Positions 55,983 to 64,000 of a DNA stretch of 64,000 nt are shown here, piece after piece (within the stretch, counting starts at the first letter, position 1; every line of letters begins with the position of its first letter). The notes under the pieces were generated by a model that had not been told where the DNA came from, did not search any database, and saw only the letters and a program-made list of their open reading frames with translations. This stretch comes from a virus. The stretch lies in IMG/VR virus record IMGVR_UViG_3300020185_000011; one strand, written 5' to 3'. A program made the translations under genes and the position numbers.

Positions 55983-58273
55983 TTCTGATTTACAACTGCA
56001 GTTCTATTAATAGTACTATCTGTGGGTCTAGGATTAGGTGATGCAGATATCGTATTGTTGGTTACATTGTTATTAGTGTTTTGTTGTGCAACAGATGTAA
56101 TACTAGGGTCGGGTCTCTTGGGGCCCATTTCTTTAGCACGGTCTGCTGAGTCTTTAATCCTATCACCTTGGTCTCTCTCTAAACGAGTCAGTTCCATTCT
56201 CTCTTTCTCTGTAAGACCTTCACCCTCATCAAAGAATTCATCATCTGTTTGTTTTCCTTGGAGTTCATTTCTTCTTTGTTGAGTTGCAAGGTCACCAGCG
56301 TTTGCTGGGATGTAGTCTTCTCTTGTATCAAGTTCTTTCTGAGCTCTATTAATATCTAGGACTTCAGCTGCTTGTCTTTCTAGCAACTCTTCAGTGGTTA
56401 CCCCTTTTGTTCCGTTTTCGAAACTCAATCCGTTCTCAAAAAATCGACCATCTAACTCACCCTTGTCTGCTTTTTCTTGATAGAACTCTCTCTTCTGTTC
56501 TTCGGTTGCATCTTCACCATTGATTTTTAAGTTACTGAATTTAACTCTATTTTCAACTTCTTGTTGTCTTGCATCCATGATATCTTGAACATTGAAATAA
56601 TCCTGTTCAGATTCATTCCTTTCTTGCAGTAAATCCTTAGATGAGATTGCATCCATTGCTATGTCTTGGTCAACATCAGCCTCTGCTTGTTCCATCATCT
56701 GTTTCTTCATCTCTTTTGCTTCTTTGTCACCTCTACCCCAACCCCAGTTGAGTGCATCTTCACCGAACTCTGCTTTTAATTTTGCATCAATTTCAGCTTC
56801 TTTAGCCTGCATGGCAATTTCTTTTTGTTCTTCTTGAAGTCTTTCCTTTTCCTTTTCCTTTTCTTTGATTACTTCTTTCTTAGCATGTTCTGCCTCTTCT
56901 TCTTCAGAGGTTAGACCTAAGAAACTTTTGATACCGAACACCTTATCAGAGAACCAGTCCTTTACTTTCTGCCAGACTTCTAGGAAACCATCTACAATGT
57001 TGGTAACTACTTCTGTTACCTTAGTCTTCATCATTTCAAATTTTTCTAGGATTTGGTCTTTGAACTTCATGAATATAAGAACTAATCCAACTGCAAGAAG
57101 TAAAACACCAGCTCCGATTAGTACAAACGGTGATGCAAGTATTGCTGGGATTGCAGCTAACATTGCTGGGATTCGTGCAAGTAGAGATACAAACCTTGTT
57201 GCACCTTTCATTAACATCTTAGGTGCCATCTTAATTGCTTTGAGTCCTTTACCGCCCATAGTCTTTGCACCGTTCTTCATAGTGTTACCTAAGTCAGACA
57301 TCTTACCTTGGAAAAGTTTTGCTTTCTCAGAGAACATATCTTTAACAGGTTGAAACTTCTCTCCGACTTTATTTTTTACATTAGAAACTTTACTAGTAAC
57401 ACTATCCTTTGCAGCTGTGAATTTTTCACCCATAGCACTCATCTTTTCACTTGCTGAAGTTTTCATTGTGGTAAAGAATGCACCTGCTGATGCGACTAGG
57501 GCCCAAAAGAGGTCTTTTAATTTATCTACTGGATTACCAAGTTTATCACCTAAGAATTTACCGAAATTCTTAAACTCAGTCCCAACAGTTTTTAAGTTGT
57601 TACCAAACTTAGTGACATCATCAAGCATACCACCGATATCCAATAGTCCACCAGTAAGGTCTTTTATTGCACCCGAGAAGTTATCAAACCTTTCACTAGA
57701 AGATGCCTTTTTCATATCTTCCGTAAATTTTTCTTCTAACTTGATTCTCTCTTCTTCGGCTTCTTCAAGCTCTTTGTTTGCTTTTTCTATTTTGGCTGCA
57801 CGGAACTTTTTGATTTCAGTTTCCTTTTTATCAATCTCTTGTTGAATCTCATCAATCTCTTTTTGTTTCTGAAGACGGTCTTCAATTCCATGAGTGATAT
57901 CATTATCAATATCAAACTGCTTTCCTGCAGCTTTACGTTTCATCTCATTGAGTGTCTTGTTACGATTGATTTCAGCTTGTTCTTCTTTGAGAAGTTTATC
58001 TCTTGCATCGGTGGAGGCAGTAGACTTGGCCTTATTCTTTTCGAACTCGGTCTTGTCAAAATCTTCCATTGCTTTGGCAAGTTTCTTTTTAGATAGAAAG
58101 CCAGAGAACGTGTCCCTAGTATCCTTACGAATATCTGCAGCGGAGATTGCAATCTCCTTGTTTACTTCTGCAAGATTATCCACTAGACCTTTGAAAGGTT
58201 TGTTCAACCCCTCAGAAGCTTTACCTAGTTTATCTGCAAGTTCCTGTGCTTTCTTATCTATTTCGTCTGCCAT
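55979..58273 (-). CDS. tape-measure/baseplate hub-like protein (gp29-like)
   Basis: 764 aa helical coiled coil with central TM region and Asn-rich C-terminus; downstream of gp26/gp51. Confidence 0.65.
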   Translation of the reverse strand: MADEIDKKAQELADKLGKASEGLNKPFKGLVDNLAEVNKEIAISAADIRKDTRDTFSGFLSKKKLAKAMEDFDKTEFEKNKAKSTASTDARDKLLKEEQAEINRNKTLNEMKRKAAGKQFDIDNDITHGIEDRLQKQKEIDEIQQEIDKKETEIKKFRAAKIEKANKELEEAEEERIKLEEKFTEDMKKASSSERFDNFSGAIKDLTGGLLDIGGMLDDVTKFGNNLKTVGTEFKNFGKFLGDKLGNPVDKLKDLFWALVASAGAFFTTMKTSASEKMSAMGEKFTAAKDSVTSKVSNVKNKVGEKFQPVKDMFSEKAKLFQGKMSDLGNTMKNGAKTMGGKGLKAIKMAPKMLMKGATRFVSLLARIPAMLAAIPAILASPFVLIGAGVLLLAVGLVLIFMKFKDQILEKFEMMKTKVTEVVTNIVDGFLEVWQKVKDWFSDKVFGIKSFLGLTSEEEEAEHAKKEVIKEKEKEKERLQEEQKEIAMQAKEAEIDAKLKAEFGEDALNWGWGRGDKEAKEMKKQMMEQAEADVDQDIAMDAISSKDLLQERNESEQDYFNVQDIMDARQQEVENRVKFSNLKINGEDATEEQKREFYQEKADKGELDGRFFENGLSFENGTKGVTTEELLERQAAEVLDINRAQKELDTREDYIPANAGDLATQQRRNELQGKQTDDEFFDEGEGLTEKERMELTRLERDQGDRIKDSADRAKEMGPKRPDPSITSVAQQNTNNNVTNNTISASPNPRPTDSTINRTAVVNQN

Positions 58274-58283
58274 TGGTTATGTC

Positions 58284-58664
58284 CTAGTTAGGGTTATCGT
58301 CGCCGTGTTCTTTCGCTGCACTTGAAGTGTATAGTCCAAACCAAGCTGCTCCAGCACCGACTAGTACGGAAATTAATCCCGACTGTTCTAGTGTTGGGTC
58401 TGCCAAGTCCATAAACCAAAATGTTGCATAATAAAGTAGGTACATGTAAATACCTAGGAATGCACGAGGTATAATTCTCCATGCATCAATTGTCTTGGCT
58501 GCAAATATCCATTTTTGCCAAGGGTTCTTTCTGTCTTCTTGAGTTAGTTCAAAGATTTCCTGTTTCAGTTCTCCGATTTCAGAAACCATGCTCATAAACT
58601 TTTTCAAGTCAATCTCGACTTCATTACGACTCATGTCGCCTTGAAATTTATCCATATCGCTCAT
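58284..58664 (-). CDS. membrane protein, holin-like
   Basis: IDAWRIIPR followed by two TM helices. Confidence 0.55.
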   Translation of the reverse strand: MSDMDKFQGDMSRNEVEIDLKKFMSMVSEIGELKQEIFELTQEDRKNPWQKWIFAAKTIDAWRIIPRAFLGIYMYLLYYATFWFMDLADPTLEQSGLISVLVGAGAAWFGLYTSSAAKEHGDDNPN

Positions 58665-58682
58665 TAGTGTGTCCTCTAATTA

Positions 58683-58862
58683 TTATCTGTTTTGTTTATT
58701 CCTTTCGGCCTCCTCTTCGAGGTGGTTCAAAAGGAGCTTAATGTAAATCTCTCTTTCCCATGGCATCATGTCTTCCAACTCATTCAATGAATATTTGTGG
58801 TGTTGCATCATTTGGAAATTAGTATTGTAATAGTTTACTAATCCCTCATGAGAAAGAGCCAT
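58683..58862 (-). CDS. 51: baseplate hub assembly catalyst (gp51-like, 59 aa)
   Basis: YYNTNFQMMQHHKYSLNELEDMMPWEREIY; not in ORF track. Confidence 0.85.
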   Translation of the reverse strand: MALSHEGLVNYYNTNFQMMQHHKYSLNELEDMMPWEREIYIKLLLNHLEEEAERNKQNR

Positions 58863-59569
58863 TAAAAAAAAGAGTTTATACCTTCTAATACTCTTTTGTT
58901 TTCTCTTTCACAAACATTACATTTCCATTCTGCAGTATGAGAAAGTTTAGGTAGGTCGTCAAACCAGTCACCTAACAATTCTAACTGCTTATAAGTTAGA
59001 GAATCAATGAATTCATCTAAATCAGATTTACTCATGTCACTCTTATCATAAACTTGTTCATCATCAAAGATAGATGTAATAGAATTCTTAACTACATCTA
59101 GTCCAACGTCTGCATCAGCTTGATTCAAACTAGTAGACTTGATGTCTTTAACCAAGGGTGTTCTAACTTCGATACCAACAGTGTCACTTATCATGACCGT
59201 ATTGGATGTAGGTTGTTCACCATTAGCTTCAATTTCATCTAAGTTGATACCGATTTTCTCAGTACCAGTACAGTCTTCAGTTCTGCATTGTAACGTTAGT
59301 TCTATCGTTTCACCTACAGATACAGCACGAACCTTTAAAAATAGATATTCTAAATCTATCATTGCAAGTTCATCTGCATTTACTTTATCAAAAGTAACTG
59401 CATTGATTAACTCCTTTACTGCATTCAATGACTGTACAGCATCTTCACTTTCTCTCGCAAGTATCAATACCTTTTGTTCTTTTACAAGAAACGGTCTAAA
59501 CTTTACCTCAGTACCGTCACTTGGTAGCACACACGTATAGGTGGGTGCTGATTGGATTGGTAATCCCAT
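58862..59569 (-). CDS. 26: baseplate hub assembly protein (gp26-like)
   Basis: LPS..FRPFLVKEQK, DLEYLFLKVRAVSVGE, ends EGINSFF. Confidence 0.88.
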   Translation of the reverse strand: MGLPIQSAPTYTCVLPSDGTEVKFRPFLVKEQKVLILARESEDAVQSLNAVKELINAVTFDKVNADELAMIDLEYLFLKVRAVSVGETIELTLQCRTEDCTGTEKIGINLDEIEANGEQPTSNTVMISDTVGIEVRTPLVKDIKSTSLNQADADVGLDVVKNSITSIFDDEQVYDKSDMSKSDLDEFIDSLTYKQLELLGDWFDDLPKLSHTAEWKCNVCERENKRVLEGINSFF

Positions 59570-59588
59570 AATTTACTCCATATTGTAA

Positions 59589-60374
59589 TTAACCGCCACC
59601 AAATATATTTCTAAATCTGTTTGCAGCTGAATCGACTTGACTTAACTTCTTAAAGTATCCGTCAGCCTCTTTATTGAAACGTCCCCCAACTTTTAATGCT
59701 GTGAGCGCTCCATCTAAAACTTGTCCACCTCTATTTATAGTTTTCAACGGAGTCAATTCTTTCCTTTTAGTTTGTAACTTCTCATACTCTTCTTGATAGC
59801 TTCTGTTTGGTTTTCTCTCTTCTACTAGGTATTCGGTTGTCCAGTTTCTATACTGGAATGTTGCACTAATTTCTAAGATTCCTTCTTCGTCTGCACCAAA
59901 ATTCATTGCATCAAATGATGAAGGGTACACATCATAATACGTATATTTCATTGACTTTGTCTCATCCTTTCTCAATGCATACACTTCCATTGTACCGATA
60001 TAAGTATCTAAGTATTTCATTACTGGTATCTGTGCTGAACCAACTCTGCTTGTATCATCCGTTCCTTGGTAAATCCAATTATGCCATGCTTCTATTAATG
60101 CACGGTCATGGAATGATTGGTCACAGAGAAATGATATATCAACAAACCCACCTTGGTCTACAGTTCCATCGGGGATTTCATATCCCGAATTGTATTGGTC
60201 TCTTGTATTAGTTCCTAAAGATGAACCTTCCATATCTACACTTCTACATCTAAGCATATCACCTTCTGTAAATTGCCACCCTAGGGTTGATGGTGATAAA
60301 AGAGAAACATCGAATAGGTTTGCTCTTGCACCTGTATCAAAGTTTGCTTTAAATGTGTCTATTGTTATACTCAT
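59589..60374 (-). CDS. baseplate-tail tube initiator (gp54-like)
   Basis: ARANLFDV, tail-tube-like YP..F.YRNW motif; synteny. Confidence 0.7.
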   Translation of the reverse strand: MSITIDTFKANFDTGARANLFDVSLLSPSTLGWQFTEGDMLRCRSVDMEGSSLGTNTRDQYNSGYEIPDGTVDQGGFVDISFLCDQSFHDRALIEAWHNWIYQGTDDTSRVGSAQIPVMKYLDTYIGTMEVYALRKDETKSMKYTYYDVYPSSFDAMNFGADEEGILEISATFQYRNWTTEYLVEERKPNRSYQEEYEKLQTKRKELTPLKTINRGGQVLDGALTALKVGGRFNKEADGYFKKLSQVDSAANRFRNIFGGG

Positions 60375-60946
60375 TAAATTTTCCTTCTACTGTCTGCATA
60401 TACAGTGTTTGCGTTTACATTAAATTGTGCTGTTGGCATCATCATTAATGTTTCCCATTGTTCTCTTGGTACTTTAACAATTCTTGCACCGATATGAGAT
60501 GTTAAATATCTTTTGATACACGGCCCGGCATTTCTTAGACCACTTTCTATTTGGGTCAAGTCATAGTCTACAAGCATTCTATCATCATCCTCACCTTCCA
60601 TAGTAAATTCAAATAACTTACTTAACAAAGGTACTCTCATTGTAGGTGAGATGTAATGGATATTGATTCCTAAAAATCCATTGTTATATAATTCTAATGG
60701 TACGACAATTGGATACTTATCCCAATACGGCAATGTGTCTTTCCACTTTGCATCATAATGGAACATGTATACTCCACCTTGTCTCAGTCCAGTATTAGTG
60801 ACCGTGTCTAATCCTTTCATAATCTTTATTGGTTTGATTTTTAAATCACGGACGTTTTGTCTAAACCATTGCAGACTATCTTCGGTTCCCGATTCTATTT
60901 CTTCGGGTAACATTTTTGCTACAGTTGATAATACTTTAGATACCAT
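60374..60946 (-). CDS. 2: DNA end protector protein (T4 gp2)
   Basis: YDAKWKDTLPYWDKYP, GINIHY, CIKRYL. Confidence 0.88.
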   Translation of the reverse strand: MVSKVLSTVAKMLPEEIESGTEDSLQWFRQNVRDLKIKPIKIMKGLDTVTNTGLRQGGVYMFHYDAKWKDTLPYWDKYPIVVPLELYNNGFLGINIHYISPTMRVPLLSKLFEFTMEGEDDDRMLVDYDLTQIESGLRNAGPCIKRYLTSHIGARIVKVPREQWETLMMMPTAQFNVNANTVYADSRRKI

Positions 60947-60963
60947 AGAACTATTTATGCATT

Positions 60964-61680
60964 TTAGCCTACAATAGTAAAATTAGTTTCAGTAACTTTT
61001 CTGTTATTTGGATTTAGTTCTAGGAAGGAACCTAACTCATCTTCAGTGATGTGACCACGAACGGTCACTGGGCCACTTCCGAATAAATCTTTGATACTAT
61101 CATCACAGGTTCCTATCAGTTTAGGACGTTTGCCGTCATATAATTTTCTAAGGTCTAGATAGTATTCATACATTGTAGGACGGTCTTCAGATATGTGGAA
61201 TTCAATCATACCCTCAACATCAAAAAACCTTGCATGTCTACCTTCGGGTATGGGGAACTGGTCTATCCATTCTTGATATGTAACTTGTTTATTGTCGGGA
61301 AGATAATTTGAGTCATCCCAAATTACGAATTTTGATTCATAAGCTTTACATTGTATCATAGCATTTACACGAACGGAGCCTGGATGTACTCTCCACCTAC
61401 CATTAGGTTTAATCCAAGCTTGGGGTGTAGAGTAAAACCCCACTGATTTGTATTGGTCGATTAACCACACTAATTTCTGTGATTCGTTTCTTCTACTATC
61501 TTCATCTGTTCTATTGATTGCAACATCTTTATGATGTATAGTTTCCAGCAAATTCTTTGCAAACATCTTAGGATGATATGGGTGCCATTGCTTACATTCA
61601 CCTAGGGTTGCAAACTTAGGGATAGATGTTTTAGACTTCTCTTCAAAAGCACTTTGTAATTTATCTTCAGTTATATGCAT
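60964..61680 (-). CDS. hypothetical protein
   Basis: 238 aa; VHPGSVR weakly ParB/Srx-like. Confidence 0.6.
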   Translation of the reverse strand: MHITEDKLQSAFEEKSKTSIPKFATLGECKQWHPYHPKMFAKNLLETIHHKDVAINRTDEDSRRNESQKLVWLIDQYKSVGFYSTPQAWIKPNGRWRVHPGSVRVNAMIQCKAYESKFVIWDDSNYLPDNKQVTYQEWIDQFPIPEGRHARFFDVEGMIEFHISEDRPTMYEYYLDLRKLYDGKRPKLIGTCDDSIKDLFGSGPVTVRGHITEDELGSFLELNPNNRKVTETNFTIVG

Positions 61681-62407
61681 TAATCCTCTCTTCTACTAGT
61701 TTAATATCTTTGGGTGTGTCTACTGATAGACCAACATCATCTACATGAACCATTAGAACCTTATACCCATGTTCTAGGAACCTTAACATCTCAACACTTT
61801 CAGCTTTCTCTAAAGTCTGCATAGGTAATGTTGAGAATTCTTGTAGACGTTCTTTACTGAATGCATACAAACCAAGTTGTTGATTTACCTTTGCATCCTC
61901 ACCTCGTGGGAAAGGTATACCAAGACGTGAGTAATACATTGCACAATGATGTGAATCAAACACAACCTTTACTACATCGTTGTCCATTACCTTATACGGC
62001 TCTTTGATTAACACATATGCATTTGCAACACCAAGTGTGGGGTTAAAGTAATCACATAGTCTATCAATTGCTTCGGGGTCAATCAAGGGTTCATCACCTT
62101 GTATGTTGACATAGATATCTGCATCTATTTGTTCAGATGCAATTGCACATCTATCTGTACCAGTTGCACAATCATCATCAACTCTTATACAAGGGATGTT
62201 AAATATCTCACAATGATATTCGATTCTGTTATCATCCGTAACCACGTAGACCTTGTCTAGTTTCTTCGACATCGATGCACGGTCATAGGTTCTCTTAATC
62301 ATAGATTCACCACAGATTAATGCAAGGGGTTTACCCTCAAATCTAGATGAACCCCAACGGGCAGGTATTAAACCGACTCGATTGAACTTGCTCTGTTCCA
62401 ACAACAT
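61667..62407 (-). CDS. kdsB: 3-deoxy-manno-octulosonate cytidylyltransferase (CMP-Kdo synthetase)
   Basis: IPARWGSSRFEGKPL, TGTDR, VNIQGDEP, YYSR..IP, LEKAESVEMLR, VDTP. Confidence 0.88.
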   Translation of the reverse strand: MLLEQSKFNRVGLIPARWGSSRFEGKPLALICGESMIKRTYDRASMSKKLDKVYVVTDDNRIEYHCEIFNIPCIRVDDDCATGTDRCAIASEQIDADIYVNIQGDEPLIDPEAIDRLCDYFNPTLGVANAYVLIKEPYKVMDNDVVKVVFDSHHCAMYYSRLGIPFPRGEDAKVNQQLGLYAFSKERLQEFSTLPMQTLEKAESVEMLRFLEHGYKVLMVHVDDVGLSVDTPKDIKLVEERINAYN

Positions 62408-62949
62408 TCTATATCTCCATATCCATATTCTGCGTAAATAAAATCAACACCAGCTCTGTCTGCACAATCCATATCGACTTGCATGTCACCCACATAGACT
62501 GCGTCTTTTGGGTCTACATTACAATGTGCAAGTGCAATCAATAATTGGTCGGGTGCTGGTTTACCTCTCCAATCATTATCGGGACAAACGACTGCATCAA
62601 ACTCAACATCTAACTCATCCAAAATAGCATGAGCTCTGCCTGAATGCTTTGAAGTTACAACCGCTAACTTTTTACCTTCAGCCTTTAAACTTTGTAGGTG
62701 TGATTCAACACCATCATAAAACTTTATCATATCGGAGTTCGCTGAAGATGCTTTATTATACTCTGCCATCAATTCATCTTGGTCAGTGAGTATACCTATC
62801 TCAGTTAAGATGTCTTTAAAGGGTTTCCCGATATGCTTGAAGTAGTCTTCAAATGGTTTTCCAGTTTGTAAGGAGATAAATGACTTCTCCATGTTACTTT
62901 TTGAGTCAATCAAGACCCCATCCAAATCAAATACATATAATTTTTTCAT
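62368..62949 (-). CDS. HAD-family phosphatase
   Basis: FDLDGVLIDS, VTSK, KPAPD, YVGDMQVD. Confidence 0.88.
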   Translation of the reverse strand: MKKLYVFDLDGVLIDSKSNMEKSFISLQTGKPFEDYFKHIGKPFKDILTEIGILTDQDELMAEYNKASSANSDMIKFYDGVESHLQSLKAEGKKLAVVTSKHSGRAHAILDELDVEFDAVVCPDNDWRGKPAPDQLLIALAHCNVDPKDAVYVGDMQVDMDCADRAGVDFIYAEYGYGDIECCWNRASSIESV

Positions 62950-63395
62950 TTTTTCTCTTTCCTCGGTAGTAGGTGGTCTTCTGTTAGTATGCGAAAACCT
63001 AGTTTCCTATCTTTGCAGAAACTTTCTGCAGCTTTGAACTTTGCTTCGTTGACAACATAGGTTGCAACCTCTTTATAGTAACGTTGTGTCTTACGTTTTG
63101 GTTGTTTTGGGGGTTTAGTTTGTTTCTTTGGTTTAACCTCAATGATTTCACGTAGTATTTTGCCTGATGCATTCTTATACTTTATATAGAAGTCGGGAAA
63201 GTACCTATGTGGTCTCTTATCTAGTGGTGAAATGTACGGAATTATGATTTCTTCACTACCCCATTCCAAGATATTACTGTTCTCATCACAGTAAACCATG
63301 AATCTTCTTTCCCATAAAGACCTATAGTAGATTTTTGTGGGGTCTCCTTTGTATTTTTTGTAGTTCTTTGGTTTGAACTTACCCGAATATGCCAT
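62946..63395 (-). CDS. 4: head completion protein (T4 gp4)
   Basis: YKGDPTKIYYRSLWE, HRYFPDF, IEVKP, ILTEDHL. Confidence 0.92.
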   Translation of the reverse strand: MAYSGKFKPKNYKKYKGDPTKIYYRSLWERRFMVYCDENSNILEWGSEEIIIPYISPLDKRPHRYFPDFYIKYKNASGKILREIIEVKPKKQTKPPKQPKRKTQRYYKEVATYVVNEAKFKAAESFCKDRKLGFRILTEDHLLPRKEKK

Positions 63396-63432
63396 AAATA
63401 ACAGTAACCATAATTAACAAGAACTATTTATA
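63393..63432. promoter_or_regulatory. face-to-face late promoters for gp48 (+) and gp4 (-)
   Basis: CATAAATA at 63393-63400 (+); TATAAATA at 63432-63425 (-). Confidence 0.65.
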
Positions 63433-63442
63433 GGGATTCTGA

Positions 63443-64000
63443 ATGCCGAATATCAACAAAATACTAGATAAAGTATCACAAGCAAAGAGTGCAGTAAAAT
63501 CTCTTAAAGGAACAGCTGCAAAACTGAGTGGAAAGGGTTATGACCTAAAAAATATCAACGCAGGTAGTCTAGGTGCAGTTGCAGACCAACTTGCACAACA
63601 AGCAGAGGCTGCACAAGCAACACTCGACAAAAGACGGTCTTCTCTAGAAAAGAATAAGTCATCAAAACAAGCAAAACAACAAGCTAAGAAATCACCCGAA
63701 GTAAGAGTTAAAGAACTACAGTACCCTATCGGAGAAGAGTTGCAGAACTTTCTTATATTCACAACTCTACCTAGAACTGCTAGGAACGCAGATGGTGCTA
63801 ATAACAAAAATTTGTTACATACAGAAAAGCTTGAGATTGCATTATACGTTCCCGATGAAATAAGTGAAGGGGATGTGAAAGCAAACTACTCAGCACAGTC
63901 AGTTGGTGCTGGTATTAGACGAGGACTTGCAATAAAAGATTCATTCAATGGTAAAATGGATGGTTCAACATTACAGGCAACTGGAACTGCATTAGAGGGA
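63443..64000 (+). CDS. baseplate tail-tube cap (gp48-like), partial
   Basis: MPNINKIL...LQYPIG..IALYVPD; divergent from gp4; runs off window. Confidence 0.7.
   Translation, partial: MPNINKILDKVSQAKSAVKSLKGTAAKLSGKGYDLKNINAGSLGAVADQLAQQAEAAQATLDKRRSSLEKNKSSKQAKQQAKKSPEVRVKELQYPIGEELQNFLIFTTLPRTARNADGANNKNLLHTEKLEIALYVPDEISEGDVKANYSAQSVGAGIRRGLAIKDSFNGKMDGSTLQATGTALEG

Noticed and set aside
56022-58325. Plus-strand ORFs opposite the tape-measure-like gene, and similar antisense ORFs across the window
   Set aside because: Shadow frames of Lys/Glu-rich genes with no RBS, promoter or protein motifs.
1-64000. Alternative genetic code or stop-codon reassignment
   Set aside because: Core genes are full length in the standard code and end with TAA, TAG or TGA; no suppressor tRNA seen.

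Overview
64 kb of a large AT-rich T4-like myovirus. A marine Gram-negative (proteobacterial) host is inferred from the spanins, a TorF-like porin, a lipoprotein, IscA and KdsB. In order the window holds: uvsX-gp41 helicase; a ~12 kb late cluster of probable head-internal proteins, including a ligase-like protein and a nucleotidyltransferase-kinase fusion; primase-nrdA-nrdB-MazG-QueC-like-glutaredoxin; an accessory block with spanins, a porin and most of the window's nine 2OG-Fe(II) oxygenase-like genes; an origin-like non-coding region at ~35.4-36.5 kb; a split carbamoyltransferase, IscA, RimK-protease fusion, RNase H, radical SAM and early genes; gp33-gp59-gp32; ribosomal protein bS21; and a minus-strand tail/head operon (gp4, HAD, KdsB, gp2, gp54, gp26, gp51, tape-measure-like) with divergent gp48. 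Three tRNAs (Thr, Arg, Ala) are dispersed singly. The strongest leads are (1) about 15 predicted leaderless genes alongside bS21 and RimK, suggesting translation re-programming; (2) a perfect -1 slippery site that would fuse gp26 and gp51, like lambda G/GT; (3) capsid-targeting and prohead-protease motifs on enzymes and polyproteins; (4) a ligase-like + NTase + kinase module; (5) a two-copy structured RNA motif. All family assignments come from motif recognition by eye, with no database searches. DUF numbers are recalled and unverified.
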